Shown here: piece after piece, positions 1 through 12,914 of the stretch
How positions within the stretch are numbered: position 1 is the first letter of the stretch
Layout of the letters: each line of letters begins with the position of its first letter
Assembly (NCBI GenBank): GCA_030141605.1
Contig: JAQGDQ010000418.1
Span: 1-64,000 of the forward strand
Direction of reading: 5' to 3'
DNA length: 64,000 nucleotides
Origin: Tubiluchus corallicola
Taxonomy: Eukaryota > Animalia > Priapulida
Position numbers and translations under genes: made by a program
The notes under the pieces: generated by a model
Seen by the model: only the letters and a program-made list of their open reading frames with translations
What the model was told of the DNA's origin: nothing
The model's database searches: none

Positions 1-134
1 TAAATGCTTTATATTTTATATCCGAATGAAATCTTTACATTACATAAATTTCACTCATTACATTTACACTATTTATACATTTGGCATTCATCGCGTTCAA
101 TATTCAAGACACATAGCTTAGTCATTTCTCTTAA

Positions 135-735
135 AGCAAAATCGGATCCCATCTTAAACTGTAGGTGAACCACAAACTACGCTTCAAAATATTGAAAGGA
201 AACATACCATTTCTTCCAAAAATGACTTACGTGAAAGAATTATTGTCACACAAACACGATTTTGCGTTCGCGCCACTAGTTCTTCGCTGTTACATGCATT
301 TCGTCATTCGCTACTCAGACGGGTACTAGCGCCTGCATTTCGGAAACGCATTATGCAAAAACAGGTGCTGTCCTTCTCAGTTCAGCTATGTTAGTTTCTG
401 ACGAACTACACACGTTCGACAGCTCATGCGCGAGCACAGCGGTAAATTTTTTTATCTTAAAACTTGCCTAATTTTTGTACAACATGCTGAATCTCATACA
501 GTAGCTCTGTACTTCAATTTTTGCTTTCGCAAACACGTGCAACACGCTCATGGAATATTTTTGCTGATGAAAATTATGTTAGTTCGTGATGTCATCAATA
601 GTTTGGCTCGCTTCTCGTTAATTACGTTTTTAGTCTATTATTTAATTATCAAAACCGCTTTTGCAGTGTTAACTATGTTAAAGTGTATACATTATCAGAC
701 TTATGAATAGTATATGAATAATATCCTGTCTTCCT
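135..735. mobile_element. Kolobok-like non-autonomous DNA transposon (MITE), family A copy 1
   Basis: Flanked by TTAA (131-134 and 736-739). Imperfect TIRs AGCAAAATCGGA / TCCTGTCTTCCT. The body aligns by eye with 47157-47705 (same orientation) and 36414-37017 (inverted). TTAA TSD with RR...YY ends is the established Kolobok signature. Confidence 0.7.
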
Positions 736-1143
736 TTAACTGTTCTGTCAAAAAGGAGTTTAATCAAGCAGAAAAACGGTTTTTAGGGAATGACATCATA
801 GCTGGAAAATAAGAAATAATAGAGAAAACTCACCACCACTTTGCATGGCGACGAACAGCAAAACCAGAAGAAAAGACGAATGTTGCCTGCAAAAGTGCGT
901 CTTAATTAAAATTCTATGCAAAAACAAAACACAATTGATGTGCCGTTTTATGGCGCGTTCACACATACAGACTTGTCTCCGAGAGAAGTTGCCAAACTGT
1001 TCACACGTTGCAACTTTACTCTCAGAAACAAGTTGAGAGACAAGTTCTACGTCTGAACCCGCCATTATAGAAATAAAATACGCTACTTTCCCAACTCTGT
1101 TAGGTCATCAATAGGCAATTCCTTATAGGCAAAAGAATTATTA

Positions 1144-1684
1144 ATGTGTGCTTGCAAACCAAAACTTACTTAGAACTACGTTATCATGCTTCAAAGCAAA
1201 ATACACCGAAAATTTGGTGCCAATTTCTTGCTTTTTATAAAAACAAACGCTAAACTTATTGGACTTTTATATAGTCTAACACCAAATTATCAAAAAAAAT
1301 GTTCAAAAAATACTAAATATTTAATTTTATAAGCCTCGTACCCAATGTTTACTACTAGACACTAGTAATGCAATTGTGGATTTAAACATAACTTCAATGT
1401 GCTCTTGTAAAATCCGTAGCAATCAACATTTGTGCGGTTGCTAAGTGTTTTGTAGAAATGCAACAAAAAGCAATGACTAACTTTAACAGCCATTTTCTCA
1501 AGGTTATGTTTTTCAATGCGTAGCCTGCACCTCAACTTCAACGTGGATTAGCTTAGCTTAGAAATAACGTAGAGAGATGAACTTGGTATCAAAATGATCC
1601 TCAGCAATTGATTTAGGATATGAGAATAACTAGAAAAACTTAATTACTGACTTGCGGACAATTTTTTACTATGCAAGCACACAT
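1144..1684. mobile_element. MITE with 13-bp TIR ATGTGTGCTTGCA, TTAA-like flanks
   Basis: ATGTGTGCTTGCA at 1144-1156 and its reverse complement TGCAAGCACACAT at 1672-1684, followed by TTAA. No coding capacity. Confidence 0.5.
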
Positions 1685-2039
1685 TTAACATCTCAGGTTT
1701 CAAAAATACGCGCCTTAATTGACGGACTCATACTGCAATTTTAAATGTATTAATCATTTATAACGGTTAAAAAATTTTAAGCTTTAAATTAAACGCGTTA
1801 ATTTGTCTCTAATTACTGTCAATAATCTCAAAAAATAATAGCTTAATATCAATTAGGTTAACTAGTATGACATTTAAAATCAATCAATCAGTTTATTAAT
1901 TAATTCGTTAAATACAAACTTCATTGCTTTTCGCTTGCAGCTTTTACAAAAACAAAGTCGGGAAGATTAAAAACGTGTAAACTTTCCCCTCAATCCGACA
2001 CTTTATATAACTCGCATTTTTGTATTGCGTCATTTTAAA

Positions 2040-2700
2040 AGTGTTTAATGAGTCAAACAAACATTCAATAAATCACGAGTGTCAAGTGTTTTTTTCGTTA
2101 GACAACACTTAGTGTTGGTACTTCCAGTTCCTTATGGCAGATTTTTAAGTTAGTGTTTGGAAAAAAGGCTAGACGCAGGAGTCACTAGACACATAAGTGT
2201 TTCTACAAACAAATGTGATCGTTTTGCAAGATATATCTGAACAAAATATTGTATTGGCAACTCGTAAAATTAAACAAAAGTTGTAAAAATTATTTCCAAA
2301 TATTTGTGCAGTCGGAATGTATGGGAGCAGCATTTTTAAGGACTCTTCTATTGAAGTTTTATTTGGTTTCGAAGAGAAAACATTGTTTACTGATGAATTT
2401 AAAGCCTCGCTCACTTTCTTTATAATGCATAACTGTGTGTACTACTTGCTTTGTATGTCCCATTTTATGTAAGTTCTTTCTTCTATAGTAGGAAGATGCT
2501 TCATTTGTTATATTATTTAGTATTATTGTCTAAATCAGTCAGTAGGTTTGTTCTTAATCAATAAGCCTAGAAATAATGAAGTTGAACTCAAATCAAAATG
2601 TATTTAACTCCTGTTGTTGATTAATAGCATTATTAACCCAAAGTGTTTTTATCATTTCATAACAATTTTGACCTGTATTTCACATAAAATCTAGATGCAA
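2040..2700 (-). mobile_element. Highly decayed Penelope-like retroelement fragment (RT C-terminal region)
   Basis: Minus-strand translation pieces SLFLGLLI..KPTD and LLPYIP resemble the PLE motifs LPFLD..YRKPT and LPY. Many stops and frameshifts. Confidence 0.4.
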
Positions 2701-3739
2701 TTTTTAGTTTAATCAAGATTGACCTTATTTTGTTGCCCGCTAATTAAACTACATGTATATTCTTTCCTCTGGATTATATAGCAAATGTCATAATTTTAAA
2801 AATTACTAATGTTTCCTAAATTAAACTGATAACATTAATGCCCACCAGTGTCTAAAAAATCTTTTTATCTATATTCGGTAAAGGATAGCAGACTAGGTGA
2901 CTTTATAGTCTTTTCGCTATCCTTTCTCTAGTTCTAGATCTATCTATACATTTTAACCATTCTTCAAAACTTATTAGAGATTCTTTTATTAATCATGTTT
3001 TATTGTAGCATTATAAAGAGATAAATAAATTGAAATTTAATTGATTTGTTACCTTAATTGCTCTATTTTGTAAATTCTTTTTAATAAAAGAATACATCTT
3101 GGCTTTCAATCTTTCACTTTCTGTCTTTCCGCCTTGCGATCCCTGGTTTGCTGAATTAGTCTTCCTTTTTATTGTTATCCAATAAGTTTTTCGCCTTTAC
3201 GCTTTTAAAGTGGCAGTTTTTGAAACAACGCATGCAACTACTACTAATAATATTTTTGAATTTTAATTAAATGAAAGCCTTAATTAAACCTTTAATTCGT
3301 CAAAGTTTTCATTCATTTTCTGTCGTAATACAGAGAAGGTCTACAGTAGCGTTCCCTCTCTGTTTGGAGTTTTTCCTCTGACTGAAATCCTCCCCCGTTT
3401 CTTCACTTAGATCTGAAATGTCTCCCTAATTTGAAGTTCGTTACCGGAGCCAAGTGCCTTGTGAGAATCTCTAATCAAAACCAACGTGTAAAAAAGTGGC
3501 AAGAAATACCAGTGCAACAGATTCTTTCTTCTCAATAAAAAATTTAACATCAAGTAGGAAACTGGGCTTGAATAAGGTTTTTAAAAAAGCTGGTATGGGT
3601 GACCTAAAATGGAATTTAAACGACTCAGATCGCATGTTTCATTCGGATATAAAATATAAAGCATTTACATGTACTACATTACAAATGCTAAAGAAGAGTA
3701 AAGAATAAGGTTAAGGTGTGTGCTTGATAAACACCACTT

Positions 3740-3985
3740 TTTTCTGCTAGTACATGGATGGGTGACCACCATCTGCTAAAACACTTCTGCCAATTTAATG
3801 CTTCATCTCACAAAAATTGTAATAAAAAGAAATGGCTTAGTAGCTGCGGTAACATGCTCTTCCTTATGTCATTGTTGCCGGGTCTTTTGTGGTTACCGTT
3901 CTCGGAAATAAATAAGAACCTAGCCTGCTATAGGTATGATATTGTACTAAAGCCTAGTTCATCCTGCAAGAATTTAGCCTTCCTA
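3740..3985 (+). mobile_element. Degenerate 5S-rRNA-derived SINE-like element
   Basis: CTAGTACATGGATGGGTGACC resembles the 5S internal/C-box region (TTAGTACTTGGATGGGTGACC). Downstream GGTTAC..TTCTC and CTAAAGCC..CTGC.AGAA blocks recur at about 8590-8665. Confidence 0.4.
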
Positions 3986-3988
3986 CTC

Positions 3989-4865
<877 letters not shown>

Positions 4866-4999
4866 AACCAACAGAACCAACATAGCTAAACATTTTATAA
4901 TATTTCAAGAACCAAATGTCTGGAATAAGATTTGTCAATCTGCAAAAAATAGCAGATCCATTACTAGATTTAAAAAAATGCTAAAGAATCAAATAAAGT

Positions 5000-6186
5000 T
5001 GTGATGATCGGTTATACCATCCATCATTGTCGCAACACCTATTTTGATATATCTTTCCTATGATGTTGTGTGTGCATAATTAATTATCTAATTACCTGAT
5101 TGATTTATTGCACTGTTTATTTAAACTTATATTACATTGTGTTTTCTGTAAGATTTTGACACTAGATGGCTCTGGCCGCTTATTTCTCTGCTTACTTGTA
5201 ATTAGGTTACCTGAAAATTCGAATACCAAATGGCTTCAACCTGTTTTGGGATCTTACTACAGAATTCGTGTTTTACACTAGTTATGTTCTGACTGTCAAA
5301 GTTACAGGGTGGTGGAGTTTTGCTGGTTAGTCCACATCCTGAGGTTATTTTATATGGCTGAACACCAAGTTTGGTGTGAACCTGTCTTTAATGGTACTCG
5401 TATGCAGTGAGATGATTTGGCACAAAGACAATGGTTTTGTCTACTTTTGTTTATTCGTTGTTCGCTGTGATGACACTGTCTTGACATTCCAAGAAGCAAG
5501 TGTTTGGTAACCATATTTCCACCTGCAGCATAGGACTCAAATTCTCGCCCAATAGTAGTGGAAAACCAGTCGAGGACCAGTTCTACCTGGACCAATGGTC
5601 TGTCTGTTAGTCTGAACTGAAGGTTCTGTTTGTCACCCTGCAAAAGGACGACATCTGGCTTTATCACTGGAAGGCTGAGGCAACCAGGTACGAGTTCAAT
5701 TGCTGGATTGCTGGAGCAGTTTTAAAGCGTGGTCCATGCAGAGGCTGGATTGGTGACCATTGGCAAGGAGTTGCTGGCAAAGACGTGGCTGACTGCTGGA
5801 GATGAAAAGCCGATGTGGTATGGTTGGAGATTCAAGAGCGTAGTTGATAGATCCAAAAGCCTGATGAGAGACAGAAGCGTAGCCGGCCAACGTTACTTTT
5901 GGGGGAATTAGGTATTGTTGGAAATTGTTATCAATTTAATTTGCTATTGTTGTTTCACTGATTAAATTCTAAATCTAAATATTAGCTTTTAGTTCCGTTT
6001 TCGTTCTGATTAAATAATTTGCACGTGCACACAAGTGTTTCACCAGTGACACGGATTCACGTAGCCTACACAAATGAATGATTATCCTGTAGATTTAGCA
6101 TATAAAAGTGACGGAAACGCTCGAGAACCCTGAACACAGTACTCTGATTTCTTAACGTCCTGACTTAATTATTACACGGCGTCACA
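5000..6186. mobile_element. Solo LTR of an LTR retrotransposon
   Basis: Begins TGTGATG (5000) and ends CGTCACA (6186), giving TG...CA near-inverted termini. Exact 5-bp TSD AAAGT at 4995-4999 and 6187-6191. No internal gag/pol. Confidence 0.75.
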
Positions 6187-8494
6187 AAAGTAAATTAAGT
6201 AAATACCAGTGAGTAATCAAAACTTCTATCAGTATCAATGCTCACAGTAGTAGCAAAACAGTCCAGGTATCTTAATCAAATTATCTTAATTTGCTTACGC
6301 GCATGCCTAATATTTCAACAAATAATAGTCTTTCTATCTTTTAATCATCACCTCATATATGAGCTTCATTCATCATATCATTCCATTCTTAAACACTAAA
6401 AGTTTTCTTTATCACACGATTCACTTCATAATTTTCAGCTTATTTTCATTACATTTTTCTTTCTTTCACAGTGTGAGACAATCTAACAAGCCCTGCTTTT
6501 TGATTGTCCACAACGCATTTACATGTATACATGTATATAGGCAAACATAGTGTGAGGCTTTTCTTGTAGAGAAATATTACAGTATAGAAACAGGAAAGAA
6601 TCATTTGTATTATGTTCATTGTAGGCCCATTCGTAATGTAGGCCACATTACCATATCTATTTATTTGCCCTTTTATTTTTGTTATTGTATGCATCAGTGG
6701 ATTACATTTTTTGCATAATATTAAATATTTCGCAACATATGATTTTGATTTGCATGTAAATGGTAATGATGATATTCTTGGATTTTTATAATTATAATAT
6801 TAGCTTAACATTATTGCATTTATATTTTGTTACGCTTTTTGCATGAATTTTTGTTTTACGTACTTTTAATACAGTCATAAAATGCATGTTTTCTTGTTAT
6901 TGAGTATACCGAGTTATTACTAAAATTCCTTAAATTCGAGTTACATGCAAATTATGCTATATTTAGCATGCTAGTACAATTCATTTCTTTATTATTTCCT
7001 TTTTTTTGCTCATTTAGAATGTGAAATTCCGTTTTTGGCGTTTTTCTTTTATGTTACATAGATGCAAACAAGTGCATAATTCAATATTTCATTATTTTTG
7101 ATTAGTTATCGTCTGCACTGCATGCGAAATATTTATAACAGAACTGAGTTGGGGTGGCTGATACGATAATGTGGAAAAAAATAAATGATTTGATTCGCTA
7201 TACTTTGTACATAAAATTATTGTAAATGTGTTATGCGAAATAAATTACTTTTTGACTTATGACTGCCTTTTTAACTTTACTCTTTTTTGTTATCACTTAT
7301 TTTAATTTGTCTCTGTTATATCCTACTGTTTACATAAAGAACAATGTACTACAAAACTTTTTACAAAATTTACATTAACCTGAGAAAGGTAGCTGACTCT
7401 ATCACCAATTGGTCTTTCGCAACCCTTTCCCCTGCACTCCCGTAACTCTTTCCCTTATGCATAATTTATCCTGACTAATTAATAATTATAGCAATTATAG
7501 TCTATTTGTATTCTGGTGTAAATAAGGAGATAACTAAAAATGTCTATGTCCATACTACATAAAGACAAGGTTACATAAACATGGTTTACATAATAGTCAT
7601 GGTTGGGCTATTTTTCACAATGCCATTTCTCACGTTCACAAACTTGTAAAACTAATAACAATTTATTTACTAATTATTATTTTTATTAGAAAAGATTTGC
7701 AAAATGGAATAAGCTTATAATAACAATCAGCACAACAATAAAATTGATATAATTTACATACCTAAAACGTAAACGCATGTGTAATAATTATGAACACCAA
7801 AGAAATTTTAACGATATTAAGATAGCAATTCCATTATATGAAACTTTAATCCTGCCATGTCCCATCTTATCAAGTTAATAAAAAATAACTTGTATATTAC
7901 AAAAAAAGGCGATGTATTTAAACACAAAATTGGAGTAACCGTTAAAACAGACAGGGACACCAACACTAAAAACAGGGCTGCTGATACTATATTACGCATA
8001 AGGTGATGACATCTGCTGAAAGATTATAAGCCGACTCCCTTTTAAAAAAGCTCTCAAAGTTACAAATTAAACTTTGAAACTATATGCGCATCATTATAAG
8101 CAGCCTTCTTCAAAGTTGACTGTGCCAAATTACTACGACAAATTTTAATCATAGATGGCACTGCCGTAGATGAATTATCATAGTTTTCGTGTCTTCTAAC
8201 GTGCAGTATTTTAGCGTTATTAAAAAGAATTAGGCACATACTGTTTGCTAATAATCAAGGTACGTTTGTGTAAGAAGTAAATGTGAAAGACAGTGATAAT
8301 GATAAATACAGAATTCAATTTTACAAAATTTGCATAAAAAATCAATAGTACGATAAAAACAGAATTTAATACAATAACACTTAAATGTCTAAATGTGTAT
8401 ATATGTACAAGTGGAATTTTTAGCTGCATTACGCAACTAATACATGTGCTGAGCAACCAAGGGAATAGATAATCACAATCACCGTGTGTGCTTA

Positions 8495-8720
8495 GTGACT
8501 GAAGTTAAGCAACACTAGGCTCGGACAGCAACTGACTCAGTAATTGTTAAGAAAATTGCTTCTAGGTAGATTCATGTGTAGTGCTATCTCTGGTTACTTT
8601 TCTCATTGAGGGAATCATAGAGGATTATTGTTGCTAACTAACTAAGCTCCAGTCCTGCCAGAACTCTCAACATAACACATGCCTCTTGAGTACTAGGCAC
8701 TGTTTTGCAGTGAGCCAACT
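8495..8720 (+). mobile_element. Degenerate 5S-derived SINE-like element
   Basis: TGAAGTTAAGCAACACTAGGCTCGG resembles the 5S A-box region. Similar heads occur at about 18487 and 28597. Confidence 0.4.
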
Positions 8721-9399
8721 GATCAAAAACACAAATTTATTCTATTCATTGTAACTCGCGACGTAAAATCAATTATACGAAATACTATAATAGGTATAAA
8801 CTTTCTATATATAAAAATATAATAGGTTAAATTTGACATCCACGTGTACAAGGCAAATATATATAATTAATATGCTCTATTAAAATCACAGACTGCAATA
8901 TATAGATATGTATGGACAGGAAAATGGTCCCCTTGACGATAACTTACTATCAAAATGTCAACTATAAATGCAACATAAAAACACATAGTCTACAATGTAA
9001 AAAATGTTGTCGTATTTATAAACCAACGAAAGCAATACTAAATTAGAAATTCAGAATTTTCTACACATTCGCTGGGACTCGAACACAAGATCTTCTGCTG
9101 CTCGGACCACTTTTCAGACTCCACAAGATGTTGTACACTATAACACGCTAGGTTCTACTGTGTTTTTAAGCAATACTACAGCTCAGTTGTGCAGTCAAGT
9201 CTGCAAGATCAAGTAAAAATAAAATCACGATTTCAACACATTCATAAACGTCTAAAAATGAGAAATCCTGTTTTGGAGAATTTCACATAACATTGTCACA
9301 GAAAATCGTTACTGTATTGTGATGTATGTTATTTACGCTAAGCAATGCTCGGTTATATTACACAGGTCTTGAAATATGAACATAACTCTTTCCGACATA

Positions 9400-9912
9400 C
9401 AGTCATACCTCCGTTGTCGAACGTCTCCGTATTCATAAAAATCGGTTTTCGAACAGAAAATTTGAGCTGAAATTGTCTCCGCTCTCGACCAGAATTTCGG
9501 TACTCAACCAACCGCCAAACACGTGATGAACACATGCACAGCGAGCCGAGTAGAGCCGAGCGTAACCAACCACGCCCGAGAGTAGTAACGCACAAGATTT
9601 GAATCGCCTAATATCGCTGACTGCTTTCTACGCTTATTTTTTTCCGCTTTTTCAAGCAGGAACAATTATGTTTTTCTTTCAAAGTAATTCTATTATGTTT
9701 TTCTTATCAATTATCATATCAACTGTTTGAATAAACATTTTTGCATTATTATATTTCGTTTTAGTAATAATTACAGTTCATTTGGTGCTTGAGAACGGAT
9801 TATTTGTTTTTACATTAATTATTTCTTATGGGAATAAATGATTCAGTTCTCAACTGAATCGGTTTTCAAACACTTTAGGAACGAATTATGGTCGAAAACA
9901 GAGGTACTACTG
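9400..9912. mobile_element. pogo/Tigger-like MITE
   Basis: TA|CAGTCATACCTCCGTTGTCGA ... TCGAAAACAGAGGTACTACTG|TA, i.e. CAGT TIRs with a TA TSD. Lies just downstream of the HYKK stop codon. Confidence 0.7.
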
Positions 9913-10063
9913 TATATTAAAATATCAAATGAAAACAATATCAAAAAAAGTTCCATAAAAAAGTCATAATTACTGTTCACGATTGGCAGCATATATAAGT
10001 GTACTAAATAAATTAAATTTCCAGTTTGGAGGTTTGGAATGCATTATAATCTCTAGGGGTTTT

Positions 10064-10252
10064 CTATTTCTTGTATGAATCCATGATCTCTCTCCATCTG
10101 CGAATGAACTCCTCTTTCGGGGTGGCCCAAAGTTGCTTCAACTGCGGCCAACCTCTCTTTGCTGTTGTGAGTAGATATTCGTTACCGGGGTCTAGGGAAT
10201 AGGCATATTCACCCATTGTTAGAGACACGCAGTACCTGCTGGCGATGCACAC
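10064..10252 (-). CDS. HYKK: HYKK coding exon 8 (terminal)
   Basis: ttttcag|VCIASRYCVSLTMGEYAYSLDPGNEYLLTTAKRGW...YKK*. Confidence 0.9.
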   Translation of the reverse strand: MCIASRYCVSLTMGEYAYSLDPGNEYLLTTAKRGWPQLKQLWATPKEEFIRRWREIMDSYKK

Positions 10253-12883
10253 CTGAAAAACAACATCTGCCGTGAAATCGTTTTAAAGTGCGTAATAAGT
10301 ACCATCCACATTTGTCTCTCATCAATTTGGACAGTTGAACGTGTAGCATGCTTGTTAATAAAAGCATGTCCATGTCAATGCCCGATCACTGCAACGCAGT
10401 AAATCTGGAACAAACAATCTTCACTAACAGATAACAACATTGTCGAAAACATTTGTCATATGCTTATTAAAGATAAAATGACTTGCACTGGAAGACGAAA
10501 TGCTGACGGCCTAGAAAAGAAAGCTTTGTTAGAATTTCCCTGGTAATCCTAGAATAAGTGTAATTATCTATACCTTCAGTTTTGAACACTTCATCGTCGT
10601 CGTCATCATCATCATCATCATTATTTATTATCATTATTACTTTATTAAGGATTAATGCTTAGTTAAGTAAACAACTGCCTTCATAATAAAAAAAAACCTG
10701 TTTTTTCAAGCTTCGGGTTTATTTTTACTTCGACACAGCATATCTATCATAATAATTATACAGTATTTGAAAAAGATTATCACCAAAGGCTGAGAATTTT
10801 AGTCTGTTAATCTATAAATGACTATTTTACTTGTTCACAAAATGCCACTGCATCACAAATCACACTGAAAGCTGAGCTCGTTAGAGTGATTTAGCAGTAA
10901 AAAAAGAAAAGAATGAGAAGAAAAACATACAGTGAATAAGTTTAGGATATGATAAGTTAAGCACGATTTTAAAGCGTTAGTGAATGGTCACTATGATAAA
11001 GCAAAGAAAGGTGGCAGCTCGTAGCCAAAATTAGTGGGGGTGCTGCAAAATTAAAAGTTTTTTAGCCATTGTTTTAGTAGCGTGTAAAATGAAACAAACT
11101 TATGTAATTTTAATGTTGTAATTTGTAATTTGAAACAGACAAACTAATTTATTCATAAACTTGATAAAATCCTAAACAAAAAGTATTGTTTGCTTACGAA
11201 TAGGCTAAATTGTCGCAGTTCAAGAATATGCCAATACATGGTTTTTAAACACGTGACAACTGACAACACGTACTACGGTGAGCCACAGTGCTCCTTCTAC
11301 CTAAAGTACAGCGTCTTATCTCAGACATGTGCACATCACCCAAACACCACGCTGCTTGGGCTATGAAGCAAACTGTACTTCCCTCACGTGCTCAGGTTCC
11401 ACACAAGTATAAAGAAAGAACTAAAGAAAAAAGATTATTATATTGAATATTATCGATAATAATGAGTGAAAACAAGGGGCCCTGCAGTACTACAGTACCT
11501 ATACACGAGCGGCTACTGGCAAAGACTAAACAACAAATTGTAATGTAAGCAATTATATGCCAAGTTAAGTATTTCAGTTCCATTTTAGTTAAAAGCATTT
11601 CACCCTTTATATTTAGCAAGACTTGTAACTGAAACACCAGCCAAGGAAAAAGGAAAATCATCAAACTCAAACATCTGACAGCATTCCCATCATAGATTAA
11701 GTTGTCCAATACATAACTGACACTGCAACTGTAATCTCTGGCAAACATCAGGGAACAAAATGCACGATCACAGTTCAAGTTACCTTTAAAATATCGAGTT
11801 CCTTGTCAGAGACTGGACGGACGCTTGTGTAACCTGCCAGCACATGTCCACCGACATCCAAGAAAGGCACGCTCCTGTTCTGCGTATACATGTACATGAT
11901 TACCATGGCTACCTATAAATGAGGTATGTTGTCAGAAATCCTACTGGCTTTGTGTTTGATCTGCGTACGTTGGTCGCGCATTTGGCAGATTGCTTACGTT
12001 CATCATGCATTTACTTATTATCACGAATTGCCACCGTTTCAGCAATTCAGCAAGTTACGGTTACATTATTTTAGCTATTTCGTGTTTTCAACGTCTCCTG
12101 AGTTAATGTGGAAGTTTCACATTAATGTTGAGAAATTTTTTGGGTAGACATGAGTGAATTTGTAATTCATAAACGAAACAGATACATTCTACGCTGCTGA
12201 ATAGTCTAAAAACTATGCTGCATTATTTGAAATCAACAAGTTTGCTTACAACAAGTCATTATTTCTTGAGCACCCCATAGACCATTTGCAGCTTGGCAGT
12301 TGGCCCTTTGGGTACATAATAAATGTGTTATTATCAATTCATTAAGGTCTTTTAAAGTGCTATGGAGTAATGGTTATTGTGGGTGTATTGAACAAATAAA
12401 TGAAATAAAAATAAAATGAAACCAAAATATGTGATTGTGCTTTAATGACTGTTTTATAAAGGAAAACCGGATGAAACATTAGTTCGGAGTAAAGAATGCT
12501 CTAAAATATTGAGTGGGCGATTCACTTGGCCGACAAATAGAAGGCGGTACCGTGATAACCAGGATCATGAACTGCAGTGTTACTTTCTGACGCCATGAGA
12601 TGTAGAGCCCATTTTCGTGACATCATGCATTTAGACAGTAATGCTTACGCAAACATGCTTGACACGCAAGGGAAGATGCCTACCATTGCACAAACTGTGG
12701 TTAGTTTCTGACGTAAGCAATAGCTGTGTTCGGCTGCCGTTAATTAACTTTTTAAGCTAATTATTCAAATATAAGAAACAATTGCTCAGTTTTATAGGCA
12801 AGAAAATGTATATTTTGGACAGTAAATTAAAATGAGATTGAGTTTAAACAATTGTCCAGTCTTCCTTTAACTGTGTGTGTGTG

Positions 12884-12914
<31 letters not shown>

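Noticed and set aside
426-710. 94-aa ORF with a similar ORF at 47473-47754 (apparent small gene family)
   Set aside because: The similarity comes from MITE copies, and reading frame and start are not conserved among the three copies.
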